Below are positions 1 to 12,600 of a stretch of 64,000 bases of DNA, piece after piece. The stretch's first letter is position 1; each line of letters starts with the position of its first letter. The translations under genes were made by a program, and so were the position numbers. The stretch covers positions 183,954,001 to 184,018,000 of the forward strand of contig OZ038378.1 of NCBI GenBank assembly GCA_964036045.1. Direction: 5' to 3'. The notes beneath the pieces are model-generated. The model saw only the letters and a list, made by a program, of their open reading frames with translations, searched no databases and was not told where the DNA came from. This stretch comes from Eutreptiella sp. 'Long Island Sound 2002'. Lineage: Eukaryota > Protista > Euglenida.

Positions 1-185
1 TGGATATGCAAGCCTAGTGCCTTTTTGTTGCTTGTCGGCCCCTACTAGTAGCCCATGAATGTTAATTTTTTCGTTTGATGCTTGTCATAGATCCCGGGTT
101 CCTCGTAGGTTCACCTTGCAACCTCTGTTGGTATGCTAGGCATTTTTAATTTATAGTTATTTATAATTTAATTTATTGATGATTG

Positions 186-715
186 CTGCAGGTCCCAAGG
201 TCCTGACTTTTGCATGCTACAGCCCCTATTATCCGTACCAACAATTCTTAATTTTTAGTCTCACAATTGCCATAGGTCCCATGGTCCCAATTTCTGTACG
301 CAATACGCCATGCTAGCATGCCAGGAATTTTGATTTTTTGGTCTAATGACTACCATAGGTCCTAGGGTCCAAATTTCTGTACCCAGTAGTCCTTGCTGGC
401 ATGCCACGAATTTTTTGTTCCTTGTGACAAAAGCCTTGAAAGTTTCAACCCTTGCTTGACCACTAGACGCCGTTTGATGGATTGGGCTTTTTGTGAAAAT
501 CACCAAATCTTTTCAAAATCCCGACCTCAATAGTAGTCAACACAGGCACATTTGTGACAATGAACCCACAATTTTTGGTGCCCCTTGAACTTCTACGCGT
601 AAAAATATTTAGTTTTTAGTCTGATGAATGCCACAAGTCCCAGGGTCCTACTTTTTGTACCCAAAAGTCCGTGCAGGCACACCATAAAATTGTAATTTTC
701 AGTCTGATGATTCCT
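186..715. repeat. Degenerate ~83-bp tandem units, possibly subterminal repeats of a DNA transposon
   Basis: Motif ATAGGTCC(C/T)A(T/G)GGTCC..ATTTCTGTAC recurs at 272 and 355 (period 83), with weaker copies near 189 and 633. Confidence 0.6.
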
Positions 716-836
716 ACAGACCCCAAAAAGACTGCAATACACACCAACTGCCAAATATTGCGCTTCACCATTGGATTGCAAAGTTATTGTACCAAAAAAT
801 GCAGATATGCATCAACATAAGGTGGGGAAAAATATC

Positions 837-1166
837 TTAGAAGTGTCTCTCTACATCACCGTTGCAACACAATGCCATTTCTATGCGTGCCTTGTGTTCC
901 GATTTGCAGTTCATGTGTGACACACCAAAGGTTTTGTGGTCATGCCTAATGACCACGTCACACACTGTACACCACATAAACCCGTAGGCTTGTGCCTCAT
1001 ACGGCCCGTCAGGGAATTGCGCTGCCTGTGCTACCACTGTGAGCATTGTACAATAATTTGCTTTCAATGGCCCGGAAGTGGAATGGTGTTTCCCTTTGGT
1101 ACCGGTTGTCTGCGGCAATGACATAGACTTACCAGGCACGGGTGCAATCAAAAAAAGAAAACGCAA
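837..1166 (-). pseudogene. ORF fragment with a CGGBP1/BED-like C2H2 zinc finger, probably from a hAT-type transposase N-terminus
   Basis: Translation contains GFMWCTVCDVVIRHDHKTFGVSHMNCKSEH (CxxC...H...H), resembling the CGGBP1-type finger. No catalytic domain follows. Confidence 0.45.
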
Positions 1167-1949
1167 CGTAAACCTGCCACAAGGAGGGTTCCAAAGGGCA
1201 CATGATGCACAACCATGGTGCTATGCATGCCAGAATTTGTTCTATGAGGTGCAACACTTTTGAAATTGGTCATGTAATTACCTCCACTTACAGCAAATTA
1301 CGCGTAATTACAATAAAATGCGAAATTACGGAATTTTACAATCGTAACCGTGGCCTACGCCTGCTCTATATCGAGTCCACACAGAGGAAGGCAACAGCCT
1401 TCGCCGTCGGCCAGGTGCGTCCAAAGGCGCATCTCCAAAGGCGTTTGCTGATCGGTTGCGCAGGTGAGTGCCCCTTGGTTGCGTGCACCGTGGCTGCAAC
1501 TTGTCGGGGGGGCAACCCTGTGAATTCGGGGCTTTTCTCAGGCGCATGTGGTGGGCGCATCCCAGCGGTGGGGGAACCCTCTCCAGCGGCGGCTGTTGGG
1601 CCCTGGGATGTCCACTTGCAGGGTCAAAGGGCCTCAAATGGTCAGGTTGCAGTGTCCGCATTTGGCTCTGGCTGCGCCTGCCCCACAGCTGTCATCGCCA
1701 TCTGTCCAATCTGCCAATGTTCGGCGGAGCCTCAGCTCGAGGTCTGTTCAGCAGTTCATCCCTCGTCCCTGTGTCCGCTCGCTGCATTTGCTTCCTGGGC
1801 TCTACAGGGTTATGCGTGCATCCAGGTCAAAGGTCACTCCCTTCCCGTGGTGCTGCTGTAGCTGGCCCCATTCGGCCACACTAGGTCGGGCTTTGCTGGG
1901 GCCTTAGGTTGAAAAACCCAGTGGGTACAGGATCGGTTAAGGTCAAAGA

Positions 1950-4040
1950 CATTCAACATTCAACACTCAGGGGGTAAGGCATCGTGACCCTTCAGTGCTG
2001 CATGACATCGTTGAAGCCGTGGAGGGGGAGCCCGGCGCGGATGCATCCGAGTGGGGCTCCTGTGACGAAGTCTCATAGTTCAGTTCCTTCCGGGGGGACA
2101 GGGGTTCTTCGCCCTCCATTGCCACCAGCTCCAACGATGCTAGCAGCTGCAGGGACACTCGGGGGGACATGGGTGACAGGGATTGTGGCGTGTGGAACGT
2201 GGTTCTCGCTGGTCCCACACGGTAGGGCGTGCTCGTTCGCCGGCTTGTGGCTGGCGTGGCCTCCGTGTGATTAGGCAACGGGCCGCGTACCGCCGACCAC
2301 TGGAGTGTGGATCCTGGTGTGGCCTGGCGTTGTTTCTTTTTGATTTGCACCGGTGTACACACCTCGATATCCCACAGTGGTGAGAGGGGGGTTGGGCGTC
2401 CTGATGGCGTTTTTACTGGGGTGTACGACTGTGTTACCGGCGGTGTGCTGGGCATCGCCGCCTCGTGCGGGGCTGTGAGTGGCGTTAGCGACTGCGAGTA
2501 CTCGTTTTCCTCCCACCCCCAGATGGACGTCTCCTCCGGCAGGGGGGCGTCTTCCTTCTCTGTCGGGTGTGGGCGCCTTGAAATGCGCCCGAAGAGGAGC
2601 GGTGACCGGCGGCGTCCCACATCGGCGAGGTGGTCCGCCCGTCCATTTCCTTTGATGCCGATGTGGGACGGTATGTGTAGCCACTTGACTTCCTCTCCCC
2701 ACCGCTCTACGAGTTCCAAGATCTGGATCCAGAGGTCCACGTGCTTCACTTTACCCGCTGAATTGTGCCACTTATGTCGCCTCCAACGCTGTGCCCAGCC
2801 CAGCACCCCGTTAACAACCAGTAGTGAGTCCGGACATATTAGCGACCGTTGCCCTGCGCGGTGTCCCTGCAGGCTGCGGAGGGCGGCTTGTAGTTCCCCT
2901 CTGTTGTTTGTTTGATCTTCTGCCACCGGGATGAACTCTGCAGTGTCCCGTTCGTCCCCAAAAAATACACCGTAGCCCCCCACCCATCCTACTTCTGGAT
3001 GTTTTTCCGACGACCCGTCTGGATAGATGATTTGCCATCCCTGTTGTTGGTATCCGCGGATGATTTCTTCGCACCGTGCCGCCAACTCCTCTGCATGTTG
3101 GAATTTTTTGGGCCGCTTGCGCGCTGGCAGGCGCAGTTGGGGGGGGGACCTGGTGGATGAGACCGCCACTCGTGGGTGCTGTAGAACAGTACCGTCCCTC
3201 ATGGACTCCAGGGCCTTTATCAGCAGTGTAATTTCATCCGTGGGGAGGATGGGGGACGGGTGTTCTTCCCACCCACGCAACACTTTCAGCCACAGCGCTT
3301 GGAACTGGTCCCACGTGGGCCGCCCCATGTGCTGGTTCAGTTTGTGCATGCATCGCTGCGACCATGCCGCCCTCACTATGGACCACAGCGTGACTCCCAG
3401 CGGTGTGGTGAGGGAGAGGATTGGGTTTTCCCAGAGAATGTCCGTCGGATCAGATACCGGGTCAAAGGGGGGGGGGTTGGCAGATGTGCCAGAATTTGAA
3501 AAAAAGGCAGGCAGGCACCCTACCAAATAGGGCATCCACGTCACTACAAAAAGGGGGGGGGGCTACCTGCATACTCAGCAGTGGGTTGCTCAGCTGTCAA
3601 AGAGGCGGAGGGGCGGGGGGACGGCGATCTTGTCCACAGCCGGACACTTGGACTGACTTGCGGGGGCTGAGCTGTTACAGGGGCAGCAGCCCAACAGGAG
3701 GTGCTCGGGCCATCGGCCCAATGCTGCACACATGTGCCCCAGTGCCATCATCAATGCATCGGCGTACGCACGATTCCCTCAGGACAGGGGGTGGCGTTCA
3801 GGCACCCGAGGAGCCCACCGCAGATTTCACAGTCCCAAGCTGTATGGCAGAGGCGCGCGGTGGTGCAACAGATGGAGACACGGCACAGGAGGTCTCTCAC
3901 AAGATACGGCCTTGAGGAATCAGAGCGACTGCAGACGCCTGCGGCTGTCAACCGCTGCAGTATGTGAGCCTGTCAACGCCCACAGAGTGCCCGCTGGTCT
4001 GGTCACACAACCCTTTCATCCCGGTGAACGCCCACAGTGT
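1950..4040 (-). mobile_element. 5'-truncated non-LTR retrotransposon (LINE) with C-terminal RNase H
   Basis: Contains the RNase H ORF 1967-3544. Interrupted upstream frames (3545-4040) look like post-RT sequence. The stop codon is followed at once by a short tandem tail, GTGTTGAATGTTGAATGT, on the minus strand. No RT domain and no TSD found. Confidence 0.8.
1967..3544 (-). CDS. Retrotransposon ORF2 C-terminal part: eukaryote-type RNase HI plus Ser/Thr/Pro-rich tail (525 aa)
   Basis: Motifs YPDGSS, GYGVFFG, QTNNRGEL, CPDSLLVVNG, DLW and HIPSHIGIKGNGRADHLA. All four acidic D-E-D-D residues are present. Confidence 0.85.
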   Translation of the reverse strand: MTWMPYLVGCLPAFFSNSGTSANPPPFDPVSDPTDILWENPILSLTTPLGVTLWSIVRAAWSQRCMHKLNQHMGRPTWDQFQALWLKVLRGWEEHPSPILPTDEITLLIKALESMRDGTVLQHPRVAVSSTRSPPQLRLPARKRPKKFQHAEELAARCEEIIRGYQQQGWQIIYPDGSSEKHPEVGWVGGYGVFFGDERDTAEFIPVAEDQTNNRGELQAALRSLQGHRAGQRSLICPDSLLVVNGVLGWAQRWRRHKWHNSAGKVKHVDLWIQILELVERWGEEVKWLHIPSHIGIKGNGRADHLADVGRRRSPLLFGRISRRPHPTEKEDAPLPEETSIWGWEENEYSQSLTPLTAPHEAAMPSTPPVTQSYTPVKTPSGRPTPLSPLWDIEVCTPVQIKKKQRQATPGSTLQWSAVRGPLPNHTEATPATSRRTSTPYRVGPARTTFHTPQSLSPMSPRVSLQLLASLELVAMEGEEPLSPRKELNYETSSQEPHSDASAPGSPSTASTMSCSTEGSRCLTP

Positions 4041-5235
4041 TAATCGCAGTCCTCAGTCCTGGGCACACTTGTCGCTATGAAATCATATGCATCTCCCCTT
4101 TTCCACAGTATCCCCCAGTTGACCCATTTCCCCCAGTTCCCCAAGCCCGCCCCCACATTTCCGCCCAAATTGCCCACCCTTGAACCCCCCCACACCCCTA
4201 TCCCACCCAGCCGCCACCTGGGTCCAAAAGGAGGTCGTACATAACGTAAATCGAATTTTACAGGCCTCCATGTTTCCCATGAGTTCTGGAAGGAAGACAC
4301 AATACGACTCGCAGTGCAGCGCATTTCAAGTCCCCCAATCGCACCCCGTCCTCTTGCTGTGCGAACCTACAAGACCTCACTGAGGTACTGAGGCACGATC
4401 TCATTGAATGACATAACAAACAATCAGCAAACGACCAATGCAGGGATTCCCAGTCCGTGAACGTGGTGCTGTCGCGTGCGCTGCTATATAGGGACTCTGC
4501 TTCAGAGTCTGAATCTTCTCGGGTCTGATGCAAGGGTGTAGAAACAGTCGCGGTTAGAAACCGACTCACAACACGAACTCCTTCAGATCCGTCAGTCCTT
4601 GACGCCTGCACTTTTGATGCGGGCGTGGGTGTCAAGCATCGAGTGCACGATGCGCCCCGTAAATCGCTGAGGCCCCAGGCACAGATGCCCTTTCCTGTTC
4701 GATCGCCTCCCCGTTGCACAGGCACGGCCGAAATGAGGGAGCGCAACGGTCGGACAGGGACCCTATGCCTCCACAATGCCTCCGTGCAACAAGAAGGTAT
4801 TTCGCCACAGCTTCCAAGGCGGATGCGGACCTGCCGCTGTTCCCACTCCACTTTGGCTTGTGCGGGACTGGGGGGCACTGCGAGGCAGAGCGCTGTCGTG
4901 GGCAGCAACGACTCTGACATGCATGACCCCGGTTCTGATCCACGATGGGCTGACTTCCGCATCATCGCACAGTCTCCCCCACGAAACTTGTGGTCAGAAA
5001 ACCGATGGAGAGGGGGTCGCGGTGCTGAGACAAAGCCGTGCTAGCGCAAGAGGGGGGCCAGTAGGGAGCATCCCCAATACGCAGAGGGCAATGCATCGTC
5101 ACCCACCATCAGGTACCCGCCGACTGCCATCGGCGGAGCGCCGGCCGGAGCCGAACCCTCTGCCCGAGGCCTCGGGCTGTGCCACAGCTTAGTCACCCAC
5201 CCCACACCCTCTCTGTGTTGCCCCCACTGCTGCCC

Positions 5236-5570
5236 TCAGAACAACGGCATCTTCTGACACACGGCCCCGCACACAGAGCACCGGACATTTTCCGGGTACC
5301 CCGTCACGAGGCTGCGGCACGTGCGGCACCGGACCTGCCAGCGGATGGGGCGGGCTGGGGACGCCTCGAGCTGCGAGAGCATGGCCCCGAAGCTGGTCAT
5401 GCCTTGATTCCGGTACTTCTGGAGGATTTTGGCGTGGTCCCGGTTTTCCATGTACCAATTGTGCGACGCCTCGGTGGAGTCCCAGACCGAGAGATTGTAT
5501 TGGCGGTAGCCCTTGGCCACGCTGAGGGAGCCCATGTTCGGAATAAGGGCGACCAGGTTGGCCACAAAGC
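5236..5570 (-). CDS. Exon 10 (terminal): DUF3291/ABM-like segment plus CxxC-x12-CxxC finger
   Basis: Acceptor ccctgtccag, phase 1. Encodes YNLSVWDSTEASHNWYMENRDHAK and VRCRTCRSLVTGYPENVRCSVCG, then TGA. Strong GC3 bias. Confidence 0.85.
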
Positions 5571-8500
5571 CTGGACAGGGAACGATGGATGTCGTGGGCG
5601 TTGTGGTGGGCAGGTGCAAGGGGCTGGGGGGCACGAAACAAACTTGGCCCCAGGGCCAAGTTTGAAGTGCAGCTGCCCACTCCCCTGACAGACACCCAGC
5701 ACCCCAGCGCAGTACAACCAGTGGCCTCTTGCACCCGTTTCGCCAATAGCAGATCAAGAGGAATGCACCTCCACCAGGGATTTGCTTAGCAGTGGTAGAG
5801 GGGGGGAGAAGGGGTAAATCTAGGACCCACTTTTTGAACCCACCAACAGCCAGTGGTTTACGGTCACGGTAGCAGGGGTGGCGGAGCAGGCGACAAATCA
5901 CAGCGGCACCCACCCACCTGCACAGGGCCAACTTTGCCCCCTGAGCAGCATTACAGCATTTGCCACACACTGCTTGTGCTGGGGTGGTTTCAAATGTTCA
6001 CACGTGGCATTGTCATGGTCATAAGTGAAATGGACATACCACATTTGCATGTCACTTTCATAGTCAGCGGTGGGACAATGACGAATGAGCTGGCGAAGGC
6101 ACCCACTGCGGGGCACCAAGAAGGCACCCACGGTTTTGAATCCCCCCCCCAAACCTGAATTAAAAGGCTGTGTTGGGGGGGGGAGGGTCCAGGCTGAGGG
6201 GTACACCCTTGACAGTGCGAATGCAAACACCCAAAATCCCTTGGTGAGCAAGACAAATGGACAAAACGGCTTGAGACGATCAGTGACCTACTGTCCATGT
6301 TGACAGTAGTCCATGCTGACACTGCAGGGTTTAGGAAATGCTCACAATCACTTGTTGACTACTCCACATCAGAGGACTTTGATGAATCGGAAGAGTCCAA
6401 GGAGGAGCTAGGGCTGGAGCCCAATTCTGAATCAGAGCTCATATCAGAGCCTTGCACACCATCACCACCTTCATCACCTTCATCAGAGGAATGGTCCTCA
6501 GGCTGCACATCCTCATCATCACCATCATCATCAAGGCCAATCTCAAGACATCCACGCTTCCCCTTGTCTGCCCTCTCATTGCACAAGACACAGACCCGCC
6601 TTCCGTCCTGCAGACCAACACCAAGGGAAGAATGCGATCCCAAGAGCCCCCGGTGTTGAGTGGCTGACACACTGGATTGGTGCTTCCACAGGGAAGTGAA
6701 GTGAGGGTAGCTGACCGCCACCCCCCCAGCTACTTTCATCAGACCCTCCATTGGGCAGTCTTTGTGTGCACGAAAGGGGCACATACAGTTCATGTGGTGT
6801 GTGTGCGGCAGCTGCCAATATGTGTCCCCGATGCATGGACGCGATACGGTGTGTGTGGGGGTGGGGGGGAGGGGCCAGCAGGCCAGAGTTAGATGTTTTG
6901 GGGCAATGATGTTGCCCCCCCCCCCTCCCAGGACCCCCCCCCCAACACACACACACAACATCACCTTCAAGCTACGGGAAACTCAGACGAGATTGACGAG
7001 ATTTTTTCAATTTTTCGAGGTAATGTGTGTTCATTTGATTCCTTGAGGGTCAGCACTAACTTCTTTTGGGTGCCCAGGGGCTCATGCTTCATTATCCCAT
7101 TCCCCCCTTTCCATTGAGACCATGGAAGTTCCAAGGTTCAATTGAGCCTTTGGATGGGGAGGTTCCAGCCAGGGGGCTCAATTGACCCCCTTCCCCCTAC
7201 ATAGAAAGTCTGCCTAGGGAGTTTCCTAGTGAAAAACACAGGCACCAAGTTCCAATTTCTTCTTGCCAGAGAGGCAATCCTCGTACCTGAAGAAATAGAT
7301 AGCTAACATCAGCGCACCGCACCAGCATCAACAGGATGGAGGCGGCTGAAGGAGGGAGGAGAGGCAGGGGTTTCACATGGGGGTTGCTGCCGGCCAGGAC
7401 ACGGCCAGGAGGTGCCGGAGATTTTGTTTTGGTCTTACGGCAGGGGGTGAATTTTTGCTTTCACCACATGTGTTTCTACTCAAAATGCTCAGGTTTTTCA
7501 GGGGATTACCAACCCCCTCTGGGTCCCTACAAAGGACCCTGGGAGGAGGGTGGGGCACATACCCTTCTTGCCAGACTCAGAGTCTTCCCCAAGCGACTGC
7601 AGCATTTTGGCGGTGGCCTCACCAGTTCTAATGAAATCCTCATCGTTTTCGAGGTGTCCCACATTCAAGTGGAATATTTTGGGCTTGGGTTGAACCGTCT
7701 TCGGAAGCGCCAAGTAGGCAATGCCCAGCTGTACCTGACGCAACAAGTGAGGAGGTGGGCCTGCAAGCCCCCAAGACGACCCAATTCGCTTGCACCAACT
7801 CACAAATAGTACCCCCCAAAAAGGGGGTGGGGATGGAGATGCATGAAACTGACTCACCAACACTCACCAACGGACAGAATGCTCAACAAGGGACGGGACC
7901 TTTCTTCATTTTCTTTTTAGTTCAGGAATGTCCTCACGTGGTATGCCGATTGCCGGTTGGTCAACTGCCAGCAGTTGATAAAAAACTGTCAGCCCTGAAA
8001 GGAACCTCAAAGGCAAACACAAACACAAGAAAATGAGAAACTTTTCTCATACATATCCTGATGGGGATTGGCGGGCATCAGAGACGTGGTAGTTGACAAC
8101 GCTAGGGTCTGCCCTCCTCTTCTGTGTGTATATCCTGACAGAACGTTCTCTGAGCAAGTGAGGTGGATACTAATAAATTTTCAAATTGGCCTGGTAGCCA
8201 GGGCACAAAGGTGGGCACAAGGACCACCAACACCATCCAGATGACTATTAGGATGTAGGTTGCTACACCGGCCACCATTCGCTGATTCGGCGTGTCTCCG
8301 TCATGTGGCCTGTGTGCCTTATGACAAGAGCTGTCAGAGTTCATATTGTATTTACCAATATTCTTTGACAGTTTTTATGAACGGTTCAGCATGCCCTGCC
8401 GGGCCTCCAAACAACACACACGGCACAAATACACAAGCAAGTGCAGCGGAGCAGGCACCCCTGCCCGTGTCCCTGCTGCCCCCAATGCGCTGACCCTGCC

Positions 8501-9611
8501 CAAATGTGCACATATGGCTGTCTCTTACCTTGTCTCCTTGCTGGGAGATAGCTCCTGGGTACACATAAAAACTGAAAGGTTCTGGCGCAATCCATGCGGC
8601 CAAATGTATAACGGGTTGGGCGATCTGGAACAGCACCGTGGCGATGCTGAGGCACACATTGTCACCCATGGATGTCAGCATGTACAGATACTGTGGGCAG
8701 TTGGGGTTGGGTTGCATGAGGATCTGCCGGTGGCTACGGTGGCTGAGCCATATGTATGCCAGCACAAGCACCAACAGCGTTCGGTCCAACCAACCTTGCC
8801 CCACCAGCAGCAGCATGGGAGTGACGGTGATAAGGCTTTGGCTGGTGAGAAGGCAGTGGGCATTGCTCTGTTGATTGATCAGCCACTGCACGATCTGCGA
8901 GAAGCGCAGCAGGGAGAAATAGAGCAGAGGAATAGTTCCAACACAGGCAGATGAGTGATGTATGCGACCTTACAGGTATACCTGCCGTTGCAATGCAACT
9001 TGGAGCTCTTGAGGCAGCTGGAGGCGTCTGCAGCAAGAAACCACACCCCTCCCCTGTCCCTGATCCCTCATAACAAGGGTATGCTCGGGCATCCCCCCTG
9101 CTCATTTTTTTTGCCCTCACAAGTTTGGAGTCGGTTGACTACAGTCAGTGAAGCTGCCGGGCGTCTGGCAACCGGGGTGAACTGCCCGTGTCCCTTGTAA
9201 GTTGGCCCTGGCCAACCCTCCCCAACCCAAAGGAGAAGCCAGAGCACCCACATCAGTGCCCTTCTGTGCCCTGCACCCTCAGACAAGCCTGGGTCCTGGA
9301 ATCCGGCGGGGAGGGGGGCATTTTGGTCCTTCCAAGGGTCTACCACACCTACTCACCCACCCGCTGGCCCAGCCACCCAGACAAGCTTGAGAGGGAGGGG
9401 AAAGCGGGGTCAGGGACGGGTGGGGTGGGGTGGGGGTGGGGGCTCTGCTCTGAAAGAGGCAGGTTGGCCTTCCCCCTGTCAACAGTTAGGCAGTGCAAGC
9501 TGTTCAAGGAAACATGGCAACACAGCGTTTTTGTACATCTGGTCAAATGAGCCAACCTGTGCATCAGTCAAGACTGAATCCTAACGAGCATCCCAAAGAG
9601 GATCCTGACAT

Positions 9612-9659
<48 letters not shown>

Positions 9660-12600
9660 CGACGACGACGACTAAGACGACGGTGACAACGATGATGGCA
9701 ACGACGACAACAAGGACACTGATGATGATGATGATGATGATGATGAGACTGATGCATCAGTGAGGCACTTGGTGTCCTCTGGAAAGATATCGTCTTCATC
9801 CAAACTGCTAAGAACCGAGTCAAAGGTGTTCCTATTGCGCTGCCTTGTACAACATATCAAAAATCCTAGGATGCAGACTCTCGAGGGGCCGGGATGAGGT
9901 GGGTTCTGATGAAAAAGTTTTTCGTTCGAGGGTGTGCCTGTACACACCCTGATCAACACTGAAGACTGGGAGCTTCATCGAGGTACCGAGCTGGTGGATT
10001 TTATAGTCCTCTTTAGGGTGTAGGGAAGGTGGAGGGCTATGGGTGTAGGTGATGTTCATGGGTCTTGCGGTGCGTGGGACAGAGGATAGATAGAACAATT
10101 TGCCCAGGCTACGGCGGTCGAGGCCGACCAGTAGCAGCCCGGATGCCAAGAAGATGCTGAAGGATCACAATTAGCAGCAACAGCCCCCAGGCGTCACACA
10201 AAACCCAACGCTGCAACATGACCATGTGCAGCCTTAAACCTGCAGGTTGCCCACCACAAGCGATGTAAAGAGCAGCATTATGCAGCTCTTAACTGGCGGC
10301 AGCTTCAATGGATGCGGCAACAGCGGCTCGATCTGCAGGAGTGGGCCCAGCGTTGCGAATAGCGTCAGGGCCCAGACGCCGCTTAGGACTTGGGTGCAGA
10401 AGAGGGCGCCAGGAGGCTCCACGTCGATGGGGTTGAGGCCAGTTTCGACGGGTCGGGGCACAAGGGGAGCAGCGAGGATCATGCTGGCACAAAGCAGCAG
10501 CTCGGCAGCCAGGAACGGCCCGGACAGCTGCGGGGATGTCATGGTGCTGCGGACTGCGCCTGCAGCAATGAAGCAGGCTACCAGAAGGGTCTTTGAGGTT
10601 GATGACGTGGCGTGGGGGCAGACGGGTAGCAGCAACTGGAACAGCAGCACCAGCAGATGCGCATTGCGGACTCCGTCGCCTTTGTAATATAGGTACAGCA
10701 GAGAGCCAACCTGCAGCAAGGAAGGGTCTGGCGCCAAACTGGGGGGCAGTGTGGGTGTGTTTCTGAGTGAATATCAACCGCAAAAAAATCGGGGGGGGGG
10801 GGGGTAGCAGGAGGCAGCACTGGGCAAATGACGGTAGATCGGGGCAAGGGACCGGCAGAAGGCAGAAGATGAAAGCAGAAAGTGGCCAAACCAACATAAA
10901 ATTTCATATGCTGGCCCCCTTTGCGCCTTTTCACTGCACTTCCTTTTGCCCTTCCACCTATACAGATCACACAAAAGCCATTTGTCACCACAAGAAACGG
11001 TGACCTGAACGTATGTGTTGCTTGTCTGCTAAACCAATACAAAACGAGAAATTGCACTGTGCACACCAAGTTAATAATTCAAAAACAGCAAATATGACAA
11101 GACGTGCTAGTGGCTTTACGCGCATTGGTGTTCATAGACGTGACGTGATTTTGATACAATAGCCACTGCTGTGCAGAGTGCACCAGGTGAGCCTATCGGC
11201 AACTTGGCACCTGCGTCCACAAAAAAGCATGTTGTCACCGGAATTAATGACATGGACCTCAACATATGCGGCCGGGGGTGGGGGGTGTAGAAAAAAAATT
11301 CCTGGGACCGGCATACCGTTTTATTTTCGCAGCCAACCCCCGGAGCGGAAGGAGGGGGGATTCCTTACACATATACCCGAAATTTCTACCGAACAAAGCC
11401 GTTTCAAGGCAAATGGTTGGTTTATTCCAGAGACAACCATTCATTACATGCAAAGCAAAACAAGGACCCTCAAAAGTCACCTCTCCTCTGGCCCAAATCG
11501 TGAAGCACAATATCCAAATTGAGGCATTAATGTGCGCAAACCATTCATCACATGCCATGTGCAAAGGTGTTATCAACAGACATTCACTAATTTGGTGCAA
11601 AGAATCCCTTTCTATACCAAGAATTGTCCCCGAGTAAAAAAAATGCCAAATGCTACCAATATGCTGCATGCCGGCTTGGACCTCAACACCAGCTGCTTGC
11701 ATGGGATCGAGTAGTCGTCAGTGGGCAGGGATTGTGGGTTTGGCAAGAGGGTCCTCCATTTCCAGGACCAAGAGGGTCTGTAAACCCCTGTTTGTGCAAT
11801 GTGCCAGGGGGGGTAGCTTGCTTGGCCGTGGCTGGGCAAAGGGCTGCACTGGTCGGATTGAATCATCCTGAGGTTGGGCACCAAACGACGGAATATTTGA
11901 TCGCCTTCTGGGCGATGCAACACGGCGTTCGGTGGTGCAGCGGTCCGCATTAATCGAATGCAGCAAAATTTTACCAAGCAAAATGAAACACTTTCGGTGT
12001 ACTTTGATTTGCGAAAGAGGAAGCATGGCGCCAGCACCACACTTTGACATTGCTTTTTGGTCTTTCAATCAACCCCAGATAGGCACCCGCCTGATGACAC
12101 GTTGCATGATGCACGCATGCAACACACACACACTCTCTCTGTCGTGGATGTGACCACAGCATACAATTTATTCAATAAACTGCGCTGCGTGAAACCCAAC
12201 TGCTTGAACGCCAATACAGACCACTCCTTCCCGCATTGCACAGCCCAGCACAGCACAGGCACACCTGCAGGCAAAACAAGAGTGCGTGAAGATGGCGCCG
12301 CCAGTCAACAACCCACTTCAGTGCCGCCCCCCATTCCCGGATCCCCAGCAGGGCTGTCATCGCTGTGTTGATGCCCAACAGCAGTATTGCAAAGCGCCAT
12401 ACGTCCAGATCCGCGGTGAAGGACCGGGGATACGACCACTCGAAGGGACCCAGGACAAGCGGCACGAAAAGCAACCCTGGTTGGAGACAGTTGGGAGATG
12501 TCTGGAGGTTTGTGGAAGCTTGGGTTCGAAAACGGATAAAGTGGAGATGGTTGGTGAAGGTCGGACAGGCTGCCAGGATTGCAAATTAGGCGAAGTTCGG

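Noticed and set aside
4258-5190. Degenerate minus-strand ORF remnants (also 1320-1900 and 56600-57900)
   Set aside because: They are probably TE-derived, but no diagnostic motif or boundary was found, so no call was made.
9672-10239. Staggered hydrophobic minus-strand frames after exon 7 that would join by three +1 frameshifts
   Set aside because: Exon 7 has a phase-0 GT donor matching exon 8. The only nearby acceptor is phase-incompatible, and the region runs into a microsatellite.
10757-10775. TTTCTGAGTG, resembling part of the euglenid spliced leader
   Set aside because: Only 10 nt match and it is not followed by the rest of the leader or a GT donor.
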